Part shown: positions 11,169 through 19,258 of the stretch, in pieces | How positions within the stretch are numbered: the first letter of the stretch is position 1 | How the letters are laid out: each line of letters begins with the position of its first letter | From: Clostridia bacterium | GTDB lineage: Bacteria > Bacillota > Clostridia > TANB77 > CAG-508 | DNA: 64,000 bases | Direction: 5' to 3' | Assembly: GCA_016290095.1 (NCBI GenBank) | Contig: JAEESU010000018.1 | Location: forward strand, 4,987-68,986 | Program-made: the position numbers and the translations under genes | The notes under the pieces: model-generated | Told to the model about the DNA's origin: nothing | Database searches by the model: none | What the model saw: only the letters and a program-made list of their open reading frames with translations

Positions 11169-11690
11169 ATGAAAGGCAACATCTGGGACATGATGACATC
11201 GGAGCTTTTGTTCCGAGCGTTGAAGACAGACATCCCGACCGACCGCAAGAACCTTCTCCTGGATGAATATCATCACAGGCTGATGCTCATGGGACTGAAA
11301 GAGGAAGAAATCGCTCAGTTCCGTAAAGCGGATGAAAAGGCTATCAACACTGGTTGCTATATCAAGCCTGACGTCCTCTTGGCATCGAAGTCTCTCATCA
11401 AAGATGGAATGAGCTCGAAATCCATTTTGATGGACCACTGCACTTTTTCCGAGTTGATCTACCTTGCAGAAGATGCAAAACTGGCTGATGATATGGGATT
11501 TGACTGGTCTGAAGAAACAGCAAGTCTTCTTTTTTCCCTCTCATTGTCTGGTCTTTGCGAATCAGCGAGGGCGTGTCAGCAGCGGATGAATGAACTTAAG
11601 CTTTCCACTGATTTCCAGGTTTCATTCATCGAATATGAGCGGATCATCATCAGGAGACTCCGCAACATCCCGTGGAGCTACAGGTCTTAA
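11169..11690 (+). CDS. hypothetical protein encoded in high-GC island (174 aa)
   Basis: AAAGGAGG RBS, 8 nt, then ATG at 11169 (MKGNIWDMMTSELLF...). About 50% GC with CTG/GAC/CGC-rich codon usage, unlike neighbouring genes. A terminator hairpin lies at about 11712-11752. Confidence 0.5.
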   Translation: MKGNIWDMMTSELLFRALKTDIPTDRKNLLLDEYHHRLMLMGLKEEEIAQFRKADEKAINTGCYIKPDVLLASKSLIKDGMSSKSILMDHCTFSELIYLAEDAKLADDMGFDWSEETASLLFSLSLSGLCESARACQQRMNELKLSTDFQVSFIEYERIIIRRLRNIPWSYRS

Positions 11691-11778
11691 CATGGTACAT
11701 GCACCGGCCCTCTCGTCAAACAGGGGGTCGGTTCTTTTTTATGCAAAAAAAGACGTATCCTTTAAAGATACGTCTTTT

Positions 11779-11867
11779 GGTGCAGATGATCGGAATCGAA
11801 CCGATACGGGAGGTTAAGTCCCGCAGGATTTTAAGTCCTGTGCGTCTGCCAGTTCCGCCACATCTGC
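11779..11867 (-). tRNA. tRNA-Leu (anticodon UAA), class II long variable arm, CCA encoded
   Basis: Reverse complement reads GCAGATGTGGCGGAACTGGCAGACGCACAGGACTTAAAATCCTGCGGGACTTAACCTCCCGTATCGGTTCGATTCCGATCATCTGCACCA. The anticodon loop CTTAAAA has TAA in the anticodon position. GGTTCGATTCC T-arm present. Folded manually. Confidence 0.85.
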
Positions 11868-11889
11868 ATTTATTTAACTGACAAGTGTT

Positions 11890-11918
11890 ATTATACTCTT
11901 ATCTAGCTTTTCTGTCAA
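11890..11918 (-). promoter_or_regulatory. consensus sigma-A promoter TTGACA-17-TATAAT driving tRNA-Leu
   Basis: Minus strand reads tcTTGACAgaaaagctagataagagTATAATaac, about 20 nt upstream of the tRNA 5' end. Confidence 0.7.
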
Positions 11919-11959
11919 GACTTTTTTTATTTTTATTTTTAAATAAGTATATTGTTTAT

Positions 11960-11988
11960 TGACTATGGAAATAAAAGGTTGTATAATG
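11960..11988 (+). promoter_or_regulatory. consensus sigma-A promoter TTGACT-17-TATAAT (divergent from the tRNA promoter)
   Basis: ttaTTGACTatggaaataaaaggttgTATAATg. Drives a roughly 185-nt leader and a 97-aa ORF. Confidence 0.65.
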
Positions 11989-12177
11989 TTTTTCACAACA
12001 AATAGAAAGGTGGCGGTCTTCTTGAAAATCTTTCGGAGCATCAAACTCTTTTTCACGAACAGTGATTACAGATGGGTTTGCAAGGAGAGTCTCTGGATTT
12101 GGTTTCTCACAAGAAAGCCTGTGAGCTACATAATTAGCTGGATCATCGCATTTCATTTCAATCGCAAGTCAAAAAAC

Positions 12178-12471
12178 ATGAACCGTTGGGAAAAATATCA
12201 GCTTCAAAGAGAATATGAGAATTCTGCTTTAAAATGGGCATTCCATGCTCACATTTACAACCTGGTATTAATCCTTCGGGCGCGAGGAACTGAAAAAGAA
12301 GATTCGCAAGAATTTGATGCAAACAGAAACGACATGCTTAACTCTGAACTAATTGATAACCCAGAATACGCACAAGTCAAAGAGTGGCTCAAACTCAATG
12401 AAGATTTCAATAAAGCCGACCTACAAAGCTTGGTAAACATCTATGATTCAATGATGACCAAGTACTAAAAA
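12178..12471 (+). CDS. hypothetical small protein (97 aa) in high-GC island
   Basis: ATG at 12178 (MNRWEKYQLQREYENSALKWAFHAH...). The track ORF 11959..12468 extends upstream across the promoter. Followed by a strong terminator. Confidence 0.45.
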
Positions 12472-12512
12472 GAAGCAGTGAGCAAACGACTGAAAGCTCA
12501 CTGCTTCTTGAT
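12468..12512. terminator. bidirectional rho-independent terminator
   Basis: AGAAGCAGTGAGC...GCTCACTGCTTCT long stem. It abuts the glyQS stop. Confidence 0.75.
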
Positions 12513-13895
12513 TTAAAATTCTAATTTTTCTTCAACATATTTTGCTACATCTTCTACCTTAATTCTTATCTGTTCCATTGTATCTCTATCTCTTACTGTA
12601 ACACATCCATCTTCTAATGTATCAAAATCTATTGTTACACAGAAAGGCGTTCCTATTTCATCTTCTCTTCTATATCTCTTTCCTATAGAACCTGCTTCAT
12701 CATAATCACACATAAATTTTTTAGAAAGAATACTATATACTTCATCTGCTTTCTCTGATAATTTTTTAGAAAGAGGCAGTATAGCAACTTTATATGGTGC
12801 TAAAGCTGGATGTAATTTTAAAACTGTCCTTACATCTCCTTCTCCTACTTCTTCTTCGAAATAGCTATCACATAAAAATGCTAAAGCTGCTCTATCAGCT
12901 CCTAGTGAAGGTTCTATAACATATGGTGTATATCTTTCATTTGTTTCTGGATCTAGATATGTTAAGTCTTGTTTTGAATGTTCCATATGTCTTGTCAAAT
13001 CATAATCTGTTCTATCAGCAATTCCCCAAAGTTCACCCCAACCAAATGGGAATTTAACTTCTATGTCTGTGGTTGCTTTACTATAAAATACTAATTCTTC
13101 TGGGGAATGATCTCTTAGTCTTAGATTTTCTTCATGCATTCCTAAACTTAATAAAAACTCTTTACAATAATTTCTCCAATGTTCAAACCATTCTAAATCT
13201 GTTCCTGGTTTGCAGAAGAATTCAAGTTCCATTTGCTCAAATTCTCTTGTTCTAAATGTAAAGTTCCCAGGTGTAATTTCATTTCTAAATGCTTTACCTA
13301 TTTGAGCAATACCCATTGGTATTTTTCTTCTTGTTGTTCTTTGAACATTTTTAAAATTAACAAATATTCCTTGAGCAGTTTCTGGCCTTAAGAAAATCTC
13401 TGCTTTAGAATCTTCAGTAACACCTTGAAATGTTTTAAACATTAAATTAAATTTTCTAATTGATGTAAAGTTAAGTTTTCCACAAGTTGGACACACTATG
13501 TGATTTTCATTAATAAAATTAATCATCGCTTCATCTGTCATTCCATCTGCAATCATGTCTTTTCCCTGATTATGAGCCCATTCTTCTATAAGTTTATCAG
13601 CTCTATGTCTAGTTTTACATTCTTTACAGTCTATAAGTGGATCTGAAAAACCTCCAACATGTCCTGATGCAACCCAAGTTTCAGGATTCATTAAAATAGC
13701 TGCATCTAAGCCAACATTATATTTTGACTCCTGCACAAATTTTTTCATCCATGCTTTTTTTACATTGTTTTTTAGCTCTACTCCTAATGGTCCATAATCC
13801 CAAGTATTTGCTAAACCTCCATAGATTTCAGAGCCAGGATATATATATCCTCTAGCCTTACATAAATTTACAAGTTTTTCCATTGTTTCTACCAT
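12513..13895 (-). CDS. glyQS: glycine--tRNA ligase (alpha2 class II type)
   Basis: 460 aa. [34 protein letters not shown]... is the canonical GlyQS N-terminus. AAGGAGGG RBS. Confidence 0.95.
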   Translation of the reverse strand: MVETMEKLVNLCKARGYIYPGSEIYGGLANTWDYGPLGVELKNNVKKAWMKKFVQESKYNVGLDAAILMNPETWVASGHVGGFSDPLIDCKECKTRHRADKLIEEWAHNQGKDMIADGMTDEAMINFINENHIVCPTCGKLNFTSIRKFNLMFKTFQGVTEDSKAEIFLRPETAQGIFVNFKNVQRTTRRKIPMGIAQIGKAFRNEITPGNFTFRTREFEQMELEFFCKPGTDLEWFEHWRNYCKEFLLSLGMHEENLRLRDHSPEELVFYSKATTDIEVKFPFGWGELWGIADRTDYDLTRHMEHSKQDLTYLDPETNERYTPYVIEPSLGADRAALAFLCDSYFEEEVGEGDVRTVLKLHPALAPYKVAILPLSKKLSEKADEVYSILSKKFMCDYDEAGSIGKRYRREDEIGTPFCVTIDFDTLEDGCVTVRDRDTMEQIRIKVEDVAKYVEEKLEF

Positions 13896-13899
13896 AATT

Positions 13900-14100
13900 G
13901 GTCCCTCCTTTTACTTTTAGCTAGGATATAAACAAAAAAGCTTACATCCTTAGCATTTAAGCTAGGGACGTAAGCTTACAGCTTGCGCGGTTCCACCCTA
14001 ATTGGCATTTAAAGCCCACCTTAATTTATATTGCTCCAAAGTTCCAAATTATATTTGTTATTGCTTGTTTCTCACTATCACAAACTCACTTTAAATAACT
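13900..14100 (-). promoter_or_regulatory. T-box riboswitch leader (glycine-specific) controlling glyQS
   Basis: Minus strand carries the conserved T-box sequence AATTAGGGTGGAACCGCGC (plus 13985-14003), followed by a terminator hairpin at about 13925-13980. Stem I region with AGTGAG/GGA elements lies upstream. Promoter TTGCAA-16/17-TATAAA at about 14100-14128. Confidence 0.8.
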
Positions 14101-14157
14101 ATTTATATAATTCCTCTTTTTCATTGCAACTATATTATGTATATTATTTTACAAAAA

Positions 14158-14775
14158 TTATTTATTAAAGTCAAGTGATATAGCATCAAAAGTCTCATAT
14201 TCTTCCATATTTTCTATATTCATTTCTATTTTAGAACGTTTATTATTAAGCCTTCTCATTCTTATTAGTCTTAGTGGATTCATGGAATTAAGTCCCTCTA
14301 AATCTCTGGGATTATCGTCTATAAATACACCATTTTCATAATTTATATCTAATGTATATTTTAATTCAGTTGTTAATATCATTGTATCAAAATACTTAGC
14401 AAGTCCTGAACCTTTTATTTTTTGTAATTGATATTCTTGATTCATTTTTGGAATAAATGTTAACAAGACAACTTTGTTTTCTTCTTTTTTTAATTTATTT
14501 AAAAATCTCTCTGAATCTTCGTAAACAAATCTTCCACAATTATCAATTATATTATTTATATTATTTATAACTAACTTACAATCTATATTATACTTATTTG
14601 CCATTTTTTCTGCATATGTAAATATATTATCATTGCTAGAATCAAAATTATTTTTAACATCATTTAATACTTCTTCATTATTAATTGAAATCGAATCTAA
14701 TATGCTCTTTAACATTGCTTCCGTAAGCTTTGCAGTTTCAAATAAAGTATTATCAAAATCAATATAATAGTTCAT
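14158..14775 (-). CDS. HAD-superfamily hydrolase
   Basis: 205 aa. N-terminal motif I YIDFDNTLF (DxD). Downstream Lys/Asp motifs consistent with HAD phosphatases. Confidence 0.65.
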   Translation of the reverse strand: MNYYIDFDNTLFETAKLTEAMLKSILDSISINNEEVLNDVKNNFDSSNDNIFTYAEKMANKYNIDCKLVINNINNIIDNCGRFVYEDSERFLNKLKKEENKVVLLTFIPKMNQEYQLQKIKGSGLAKYFDTMILTTELKYTLDINYENGVFIDDNPRDLEGLNSMNPLRLIRMRRLNNKRSKIEMNIENMEEYETFDAISLDFNK

Positions 14776-14893
14776 TTTATCACCTCTAATTATTTATAAC
14801 ATAATTAATTATTAACTTCAATTGTTTTTTTAAAATAACATTATGTTAATTATTTTTTTAATTATGAAAACTATTTTTTACACACATTTACTA

Positions 14894-14923
14894 TGTGGAT
14901 AATGTGGATAACTCTGTGAATAA
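14894..14923. promoter_or_regulatory. cluster of DnaA-box 9-mers (two perfect TGTGGATAA in tandem plus TGTGAATAA)
   Basis: The sequence ctaTGTGGATAATGTGGATAActcTGTGAATAAc is the reverse complement of TTATCCACA repeated three times (third copy has one mismatch). Another TTATACACA match lies at about 14949-14957 on the opposite strand. Located in a 380-bp AT-rich intergenic spacer. Confidence 0.55.
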
Positions 14924-15170
14924 CTTTAAATATTAATTTTTTCGACATTATTTATACACATATACATAATTATTTTTTATAAAACATTTTTTATAGATAA
15001 TTTTTATGTGTACTGTATATTTGTTCGCTTTTTCGTTTATTTTAGTTGATATAGAAACTTTTTATATAGTTTTGTCTTTTTGTGTATTGTTAAAAATTTC
15101 TTCTTCACTTTTTTCTCACTTTATGTTATATTATTAGAATGATAATTTATTTTAATTGTGGAAGAGATTT

Positions 15171-17027
15171 ATGAAAGAAAATATAAAAAAAGTATTTAAT
15201 TTTATAAAAGACAAAATTAAAAGTATTGATATACAAATATATAAAAAGATGTTCATTCTTGTAGTTATTCCAATTTTAATATACTTATATACTCAAATGT
15301 TTTGTGATGGAAAATTAGTATTTGAACACAGACGAGTGTTATTAAACTTTCTTTTTATATATTTCATTATAGGTTTCTTTTATAGCATTACTGGCAAAAT
15401 AAAAGTTAGTTTATATATTACAACTATAGCAACATGCCTTGTAGGAATTATAAATCATTTTATTACTGCTTTTAGAGGTACTCCTTTAGTACCATGGGAT
15501 ATATTCTCATTAAATGTTGCTCTTACTGTTCTACCTACTTTTAAATTTACCGTCACCAAAAAATTAATAATTGGTCTTTTACTTTTTGCTTTATCTATAT
15601 TTTTATTGATAATTGTTAAATTTGATAGTTTCAAAAACAAAAAATTTAAAGTAATATATAGAATTATTGTTTTAATATTTATAATAATATTTATAATATG
15701 TTTCTATTTGACAAATATGATTAAATGGTTTGATTTGGACGAAAATTGGGATCCAAAAGAGGAATATCATAATAATGGTCTTGTTGCTAGTTTGTTCAAA
15801 CAGTCAAGAAACCTAATTATTCATAAACCAGATGGTTACGATGTAAATTCATTATCAAAACTAGCAGAAACAATTGAGGTACCAATTGTTGAACATGATG
15901 ATGATTTTGAATATCCAAATATTATAGCTATAATGAATGAATCTTTTGCAGACCTTAAAGTAGTTGGTAATTTTAAAACAAATACAAAATACTTGTCTTA
16001 CTTTAATAGTTTAAAAGGAAATGTAATTAAAGGCAATTTGCACATGTCTGCTTTTGGTGCAACCACTCCTAATAGCGAGTGGGAATTCTTAACATCAAAT
16101 TCAATGGCATTTATTCCAAAAAGAGCGATACCATATCAACAATATATATTAAGAAAATCTTATTCATTAGCAAGCATTCTTAAAGAACAAGGATATTCTA
16201 CAAGCGCTTTTCACTGCTACTATCCTCAAGGATATAATCGAAACATAACTTATCCTAGACTTGGATTTGAATCTTTTTCAAGCATGTATGAACTTAAAAA
16301 TCTATCACGTATTAGAGAATATCCTGATGATTTAAGCACATATAAAAATATTGTATCATTATATGAAAACAAAAAAGAAGGAGAAAAGATTTTCAACTTT
16401 ACTCTTACAATGCAAAATCATGGTAGTTATACTTATGATGGAGAAGACTTTGTAACAACAGTAACTGCTATGGATGGGAAATATCCAAAATTAGATCAGT
16501 ATTTATCTTTAATAAAAATAGCTGATGAATCTCTAAAATACTTAATTGATTATTTTTCTAATCAGGAAGAACATACTATAATTGTTATGTTTGGTGATCA
16601 TCAACCTTATGTAGAAGACGAATTCTATGATGAAATGCTTTCTCAAAATTATGAAGATATTTCTTCAAAAGAAGCTGTTGAAAGAAAATACATTACCCCT
16701 TTTATGATTTGGGCAAATTATGATATAGATGCTAAAAAATATAAAAACATATCAGATTTAAGTGTTAATTATTTAACATCATTAGTATTAGATGTTGCAA
16801 ACTTGCAGAAAACACCTTATCTAGAATTTTTAGATAAATTAAGAGAAGAAATCCCAATTATAACAGGAAATGGTTATATGGATAAAACAGGAATATATCA
16901 TGACTTTTATGAAGAAACTGATTATACCGACTTGATTGAAGATTATCATTATTTACAATTTAATAATATGTTTGATAATAAAAACAAACTTACTTCACTT
17001 TTCCAATTGCCAGTAGAAGCAAAATAA
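15171..17027 (+). CDS. ltaS: lipoteichoic acid synthase family protein (LtaS-type sulfatase-fold phosphoglycerol transferase)
   Basis: N-terminal five TM helices followed by an extracellular sulfatase domain (YPNIIAIMNESFAD, HMSAFGATTPNSEWEFLT, MFGDHQP). ATG at 15171 follows GGAAGAG. Confidence 0.85.
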   Translation: MKENIKKVFNFIKDKIKSIDIQIYKKMFILVVIPILIYLYTQMFCDGKLVFEHRRVLLNFLFIYFIIGFFYSITGKIKVSLYITTIATCLVGIINHFITAFRGTPLVPWDIFSLNVALTVLPTFKFTVTKKLIIGLLLFALSIFLLIIVKFDSFKNKKFKVIYRIIVLIFIIIFIICFYLTNMIKWFDLDENWDPKEEYHNNGLVASLFKQSRNLIIHKPDGYDVNSLSKLAETIEVPIVEHDDDFEYPNIIAIMNESFADLKVVGNFKTNTKYLSYFNSLKGNVIKGNLHMSAFGATTPNSEWEFLTSNSMAFIPKRAIPYQQYILRKSYSLASILKEQGYSTSAFHCYYPQGYNRNITYPRLGFESFSSMYELKNLSRIREYPDDLSTYKNIVSLYENKKEGEKIFNFTLTMQNHGSYTYDGEDFVTTVTAMDGKYPKLDQYLSLIKIADESLKYLIDYFSNQEEHTIIVMFGDHQPYVEDEFYDEMLSQNYEDISSKEAVERKYITPFMIWANYDIDAKKYKNISDLSVNYLTSLVLDVANLQKTPYLEFLDKLREEIPIITGNGYMDKTGIYHDFYEETDYTDLIEDYHYLQFNNMFDNKNKLTSLFQLPVEAK

Positions 17028-17029
17028 AT

Positions 17030-17055
17030 AAAGCCTCTTTTAATAGAGGCTTTTT
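17030..17055. terminator. bidirectional terminator
   Basis: AAAGCCTCTTTTAATAGAGGCTTTTT. Confidence 0.75.
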
Positions 17056-18304
17056 AATTTGTTTTTATACTATATAATTTTCTATTTTTCATTTTCCTAA
17101 TGGTTTTATAGATAAAGTAAATAAATACTAAAATAATTAAGAATGCTCCTATTATAATCATTTTTATAGCGTTATTATTTCTAATATCTAATCCATCTAG
17201 TCCACCAATATCAGTAACGATTCCAGATAGTAAAAAAGTTTTTTCACTTTCAACTACTCTTTTTTGTTCATTATATTCATCCAGAATCTCATCTAATGTG
17301 TAATTATGATATCCATATTCAAATAATTTTATAGTATCTGTATATCGTGCGCTTAAATTATCTTCCGTATTTTCAGCATATAATATAACTGCTATTGTTT
17401 CAAATCCGTCTTTATCACTGTAAGATACTAAACAGTTTTTGGCTGGAGTTGTAAATCCTGTTTTTCCACCAATACAATATGGATAATAATAAATGCTTTC
17501 TTCTTTTAGTAAACTATTTGTGTTTCTAAAATTTCTTTCTAATGATAGCTCTTCAAATACTATTGGTTTGTATTTTTTCTTGTTTTTATTTTTCTCATTT
17601 TTTTCTTCTACTTCTTGTTTTATAGCATTTTTATATATTTCAGTTACTGGCAAACTACATGTCTTTTTTGATATTAATTCTCTAAACTTTTCGTTTAGTA
17701 TGCAGTATCTTGCTATTAATGCTAAATCATATGCTGTTGTATAATGATTCTCATCATGAATTCCATTTGCATTTACAAAATGTGTATCCATACACCCTAT
17801 CTCTTTTGCTTTTTCATTCATTAAATCAGCAAATTCAGAAGCACTTCCAGAAATATGTTCCGCAATAATAGTTGCTGCCTCATTAGCAGATACAATCATC
17901 ATAACATCAAGAAGTTGTTCTATTGTAAATGTTTCACCTTCTCTTATATCAGCATTTGTATACCCGGATTTTACAGTTTCTACTGCATATTTGCTTGCAG
18001 TTGCTGTTTCATTTAAATCACATTTTTCAAGAGCGATGATTGCAGTTAAAATTTTAGTAGTACTTGCAGGAAATTTTCTATCATATATATTTTTTTCATA
18101 TAAAACTTTTCCAGTTTGTTTTTCAATTAAAATAGCAGATTCTGAATATATTCTTTCACTTTCTTCTTCAGGTATTGCTATTTTATCATCATCGCTTCCA
18201 TTTAATACTATAGTATATTTTTCTTTTGGCTTAGCAAAACTTATACTTGAAAAAAAATAAATAATTAATATGATACATATTAATATTTTCTTTAGTTTCA
18301 TCAT
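17054..18304 (-). CDS. dacB: D-alanyl-D-alanine carboxypeptidase (PBP5-like serine peptidase S11)
   Basis: Signal peptide. SxxK motif ASTTK, SxN motif SANEAA, and KTG motif GGKTGFT. C-terminal hydrophobic anchor. Confidence 0.85.
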   Translation of the reverse strand: MMKLKKILICIILIIYFFSSISFAKPKEKYTIVLNGSDDDKIAIPEEESERIYSESAILIEKQTGKVLYEKNIYDRKFPASTTKILTAIIALEKCDLNETATASKYAVETVKSGYTNADIREGETFTIEQLLDVMMIVSANEAATIIAEHISGSASEFADLMNEKAKEIGCMDTHFVNANGIHDENHYTTAYDLALIARYCILNEKFRELISKKTCSLPVTEIYKNAIKQEVEEKNEKNKNKKKYKPIVFEELSLERNFRNTNSLLKEESIYYYPYCIGGKTGFTTPAKNCLVSYSDKDGFETIAVILYAENTEDNLSARYTDTIKLFEYGYHNYTLDEILDEYNEQKRVVESEKTFLLSGIVTDIGGLDGLDIRNNNAIKMIIIGAFLIILVFIYFIYKTIRKMKNRKLYSIKTN

Positions 18305-18450
18305 TCCTCCTAGCTAATAATAATTATATGCAAAAACAAAAGTAGTATATCATTATAGAATATAAAATTCAATAAATTTATTCTTAAATTTATATATTAA
18401 AACAGAGCCCCACTTTTTAGGGTAGAGCTCTGTCTGAAAGAAAGGGTTAT

Positions 18451-18792
18451 TTAACGTTCCATGGCTCTGATCTCACGGTCGATGGCAACGATAAAGCTGT
18501 CGATTTTGGATACAAGATCATACCGAGTGGCATCCCATGTACGAAGTCTTTTCGCTGTTTCGAGAATAAGAGAGACAGGATAGATAATGATTGTGATAAC
18601 AGGAGTAAGATACAGCTCTAAAGCCCTTAAGTATCCTTCCATGTTTTCCAGATCATTCCCCATTAAGTTCCTCTGGCATCTCTTAAGCTGTGCCCTCAGA
18701 ATTTGGTACTCAACCAAACTCAAAGGTGGATTCGTTACAGGTTCAAACCGATCGAAACCTTTTTCGAATGTTTTCTCGCTCATGTTGCTCAT
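18451..18792 (-). CDS. hypothetical protein (113 aa) in second high-GC segment
   Basis: About 45% GC versus about 27% in the flanks. ATG at 18792 (MSNMSEKTFEKGFDRFEPV...) follows a consensus promoter. The track's N-terminal extension MTDITKNG overlaps that promoter and is rejected. Confidence 0.45.
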   Translation of the reverse strand: MSNMSEKTFEKGFDRFEPVTNPPLSLVEYQILRAQLKRCQRNLMGNDLENMEGYLRALELYLTPVITIIIYPVSLILETAKRLRTWDATRYDLVSKIDSFIVAIDREIRAMER

Positions 18793-18832
18793 TCCTTTCT
18801 TTTTATTTGCAGTATCAAAACTGCGCGTTATA

Positions 18833-18861
18833 ATTATACCATTTTTAGTAATATCAGTCAA
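18833..18861 (-). promoter_or_regulatory. consensus sigma-A promoter TTGACT-17-TATAAT
   Basis: Minus strand reads TTGACTgatattactaaaaatggTATAAT. Confidence 0.65.
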
Positions 18862-19018
18862 TTTGAGGGTTATTTTGCTTTTTAATTTTCGTTTGGCAAA
18901 AACAAATTTAATAATATTCCAACTATAGCTGCTAAACTCATACCTGAAAGTGGAATTATCTTCTTACTACTCTTCCCAACAAAAAAATAGTACATAGCAA
19001 AAGCTATGTACTATTTTT

Positions 19019-19094
19019 TGGCTGGGCTGGGTAGATTCGAACTACCGGAATGCCAGAGTCAAAGTCTGGTGCCTTACCGCTTGGCTACAGCCCA
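19019..19094 (-). tRNA. tRNA-Gln (anticodon UUG), CCA encoded
   Basis: Reverse complement TGGGCTGTAGCCAAGCGGTAAGGCACCAGACTTTGACTCTGGCATTCCGGTAGTTCGAATCTACCCAGCCCAGCCA. Anticodon loop CTTTGAC. A terminator hairpin lies at about 18978-19018. Confidence 0.85.
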
Positions 19095-19102
19095 ATATGT
19101 TA

Positions 19103-19180
19103 TGGGGTGGAAGATGGGACTCGAACCCACGGTCTTCAGTGCCACAAACTGACGCGTTAACCAACTACGCTACATCCACC
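19103..19180 (-). tRNA. tRNA-His (anticodon GUG) with extra 5' G(-1), CCA encoded
   Basis: Reverse complement GGTGGATGTAGCGTAGTTGGTTAACGCGTCAGTTTGTGGCACTGAAGACCGTGGGTTCGAGTCCCATCTTCCACCCCA. Anticodon loop TTGTGGC. G-1 pairs with C73. Upstream promoter TTGACA-17-TAAAAT at about 19215-19243. Confidence 0.8.
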
Positions 19181-19258
19181 ATTAAAGCGTTGGCTTATTT
19201 TTGAACGCTATTATATTTTAAATCATAAATGCGTGTTTGTCAATCTTTTTATCAATTT

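Noticed and set aside
11700-11880. Possibility that the structured GC-rich RNA-like segment is a tmRNA or another larger ncRNA.
   Set aside because: Manual folding gives a canonical 89-nt class II tRNA-Leu with a UAA anticodon. No tmRNA-like 5' GGGG...TTCGAC or resume-codon region is present.
11142-12156. Additional ORFs inside the high-GC island: 11142-11438(-), 11590-11817(+), 11672-11881(+) and 11956-12156(-).
   Set aside because: GC-rich DNA yields long spurious frames. These overlap the better-supported plus-strand ORF (which has a strong RBS), the tRNA-Leu gene or the promoter/leader, and they lack RBSs.
17054-18304. DacB-like carboxypeptidase with both an N-terminal signal peptide and a C-terminal hydrophobic helix, considered as unusual topology.
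   Set aside because: C-terminal membrane-anchoring amphipathic or hydrophobic helices are standard for PBP5-type D,D-carboxypeptidases.
18793-18861. N-terminal extension MTDITKNGIIITRSFDTANKKKG of the island-2 ORF as given in the track.
   Set aside because: These codons are themselves the TTGACT-17-TATAAT promoter. The real start is the ATG at 18792, downstream of the promoter.
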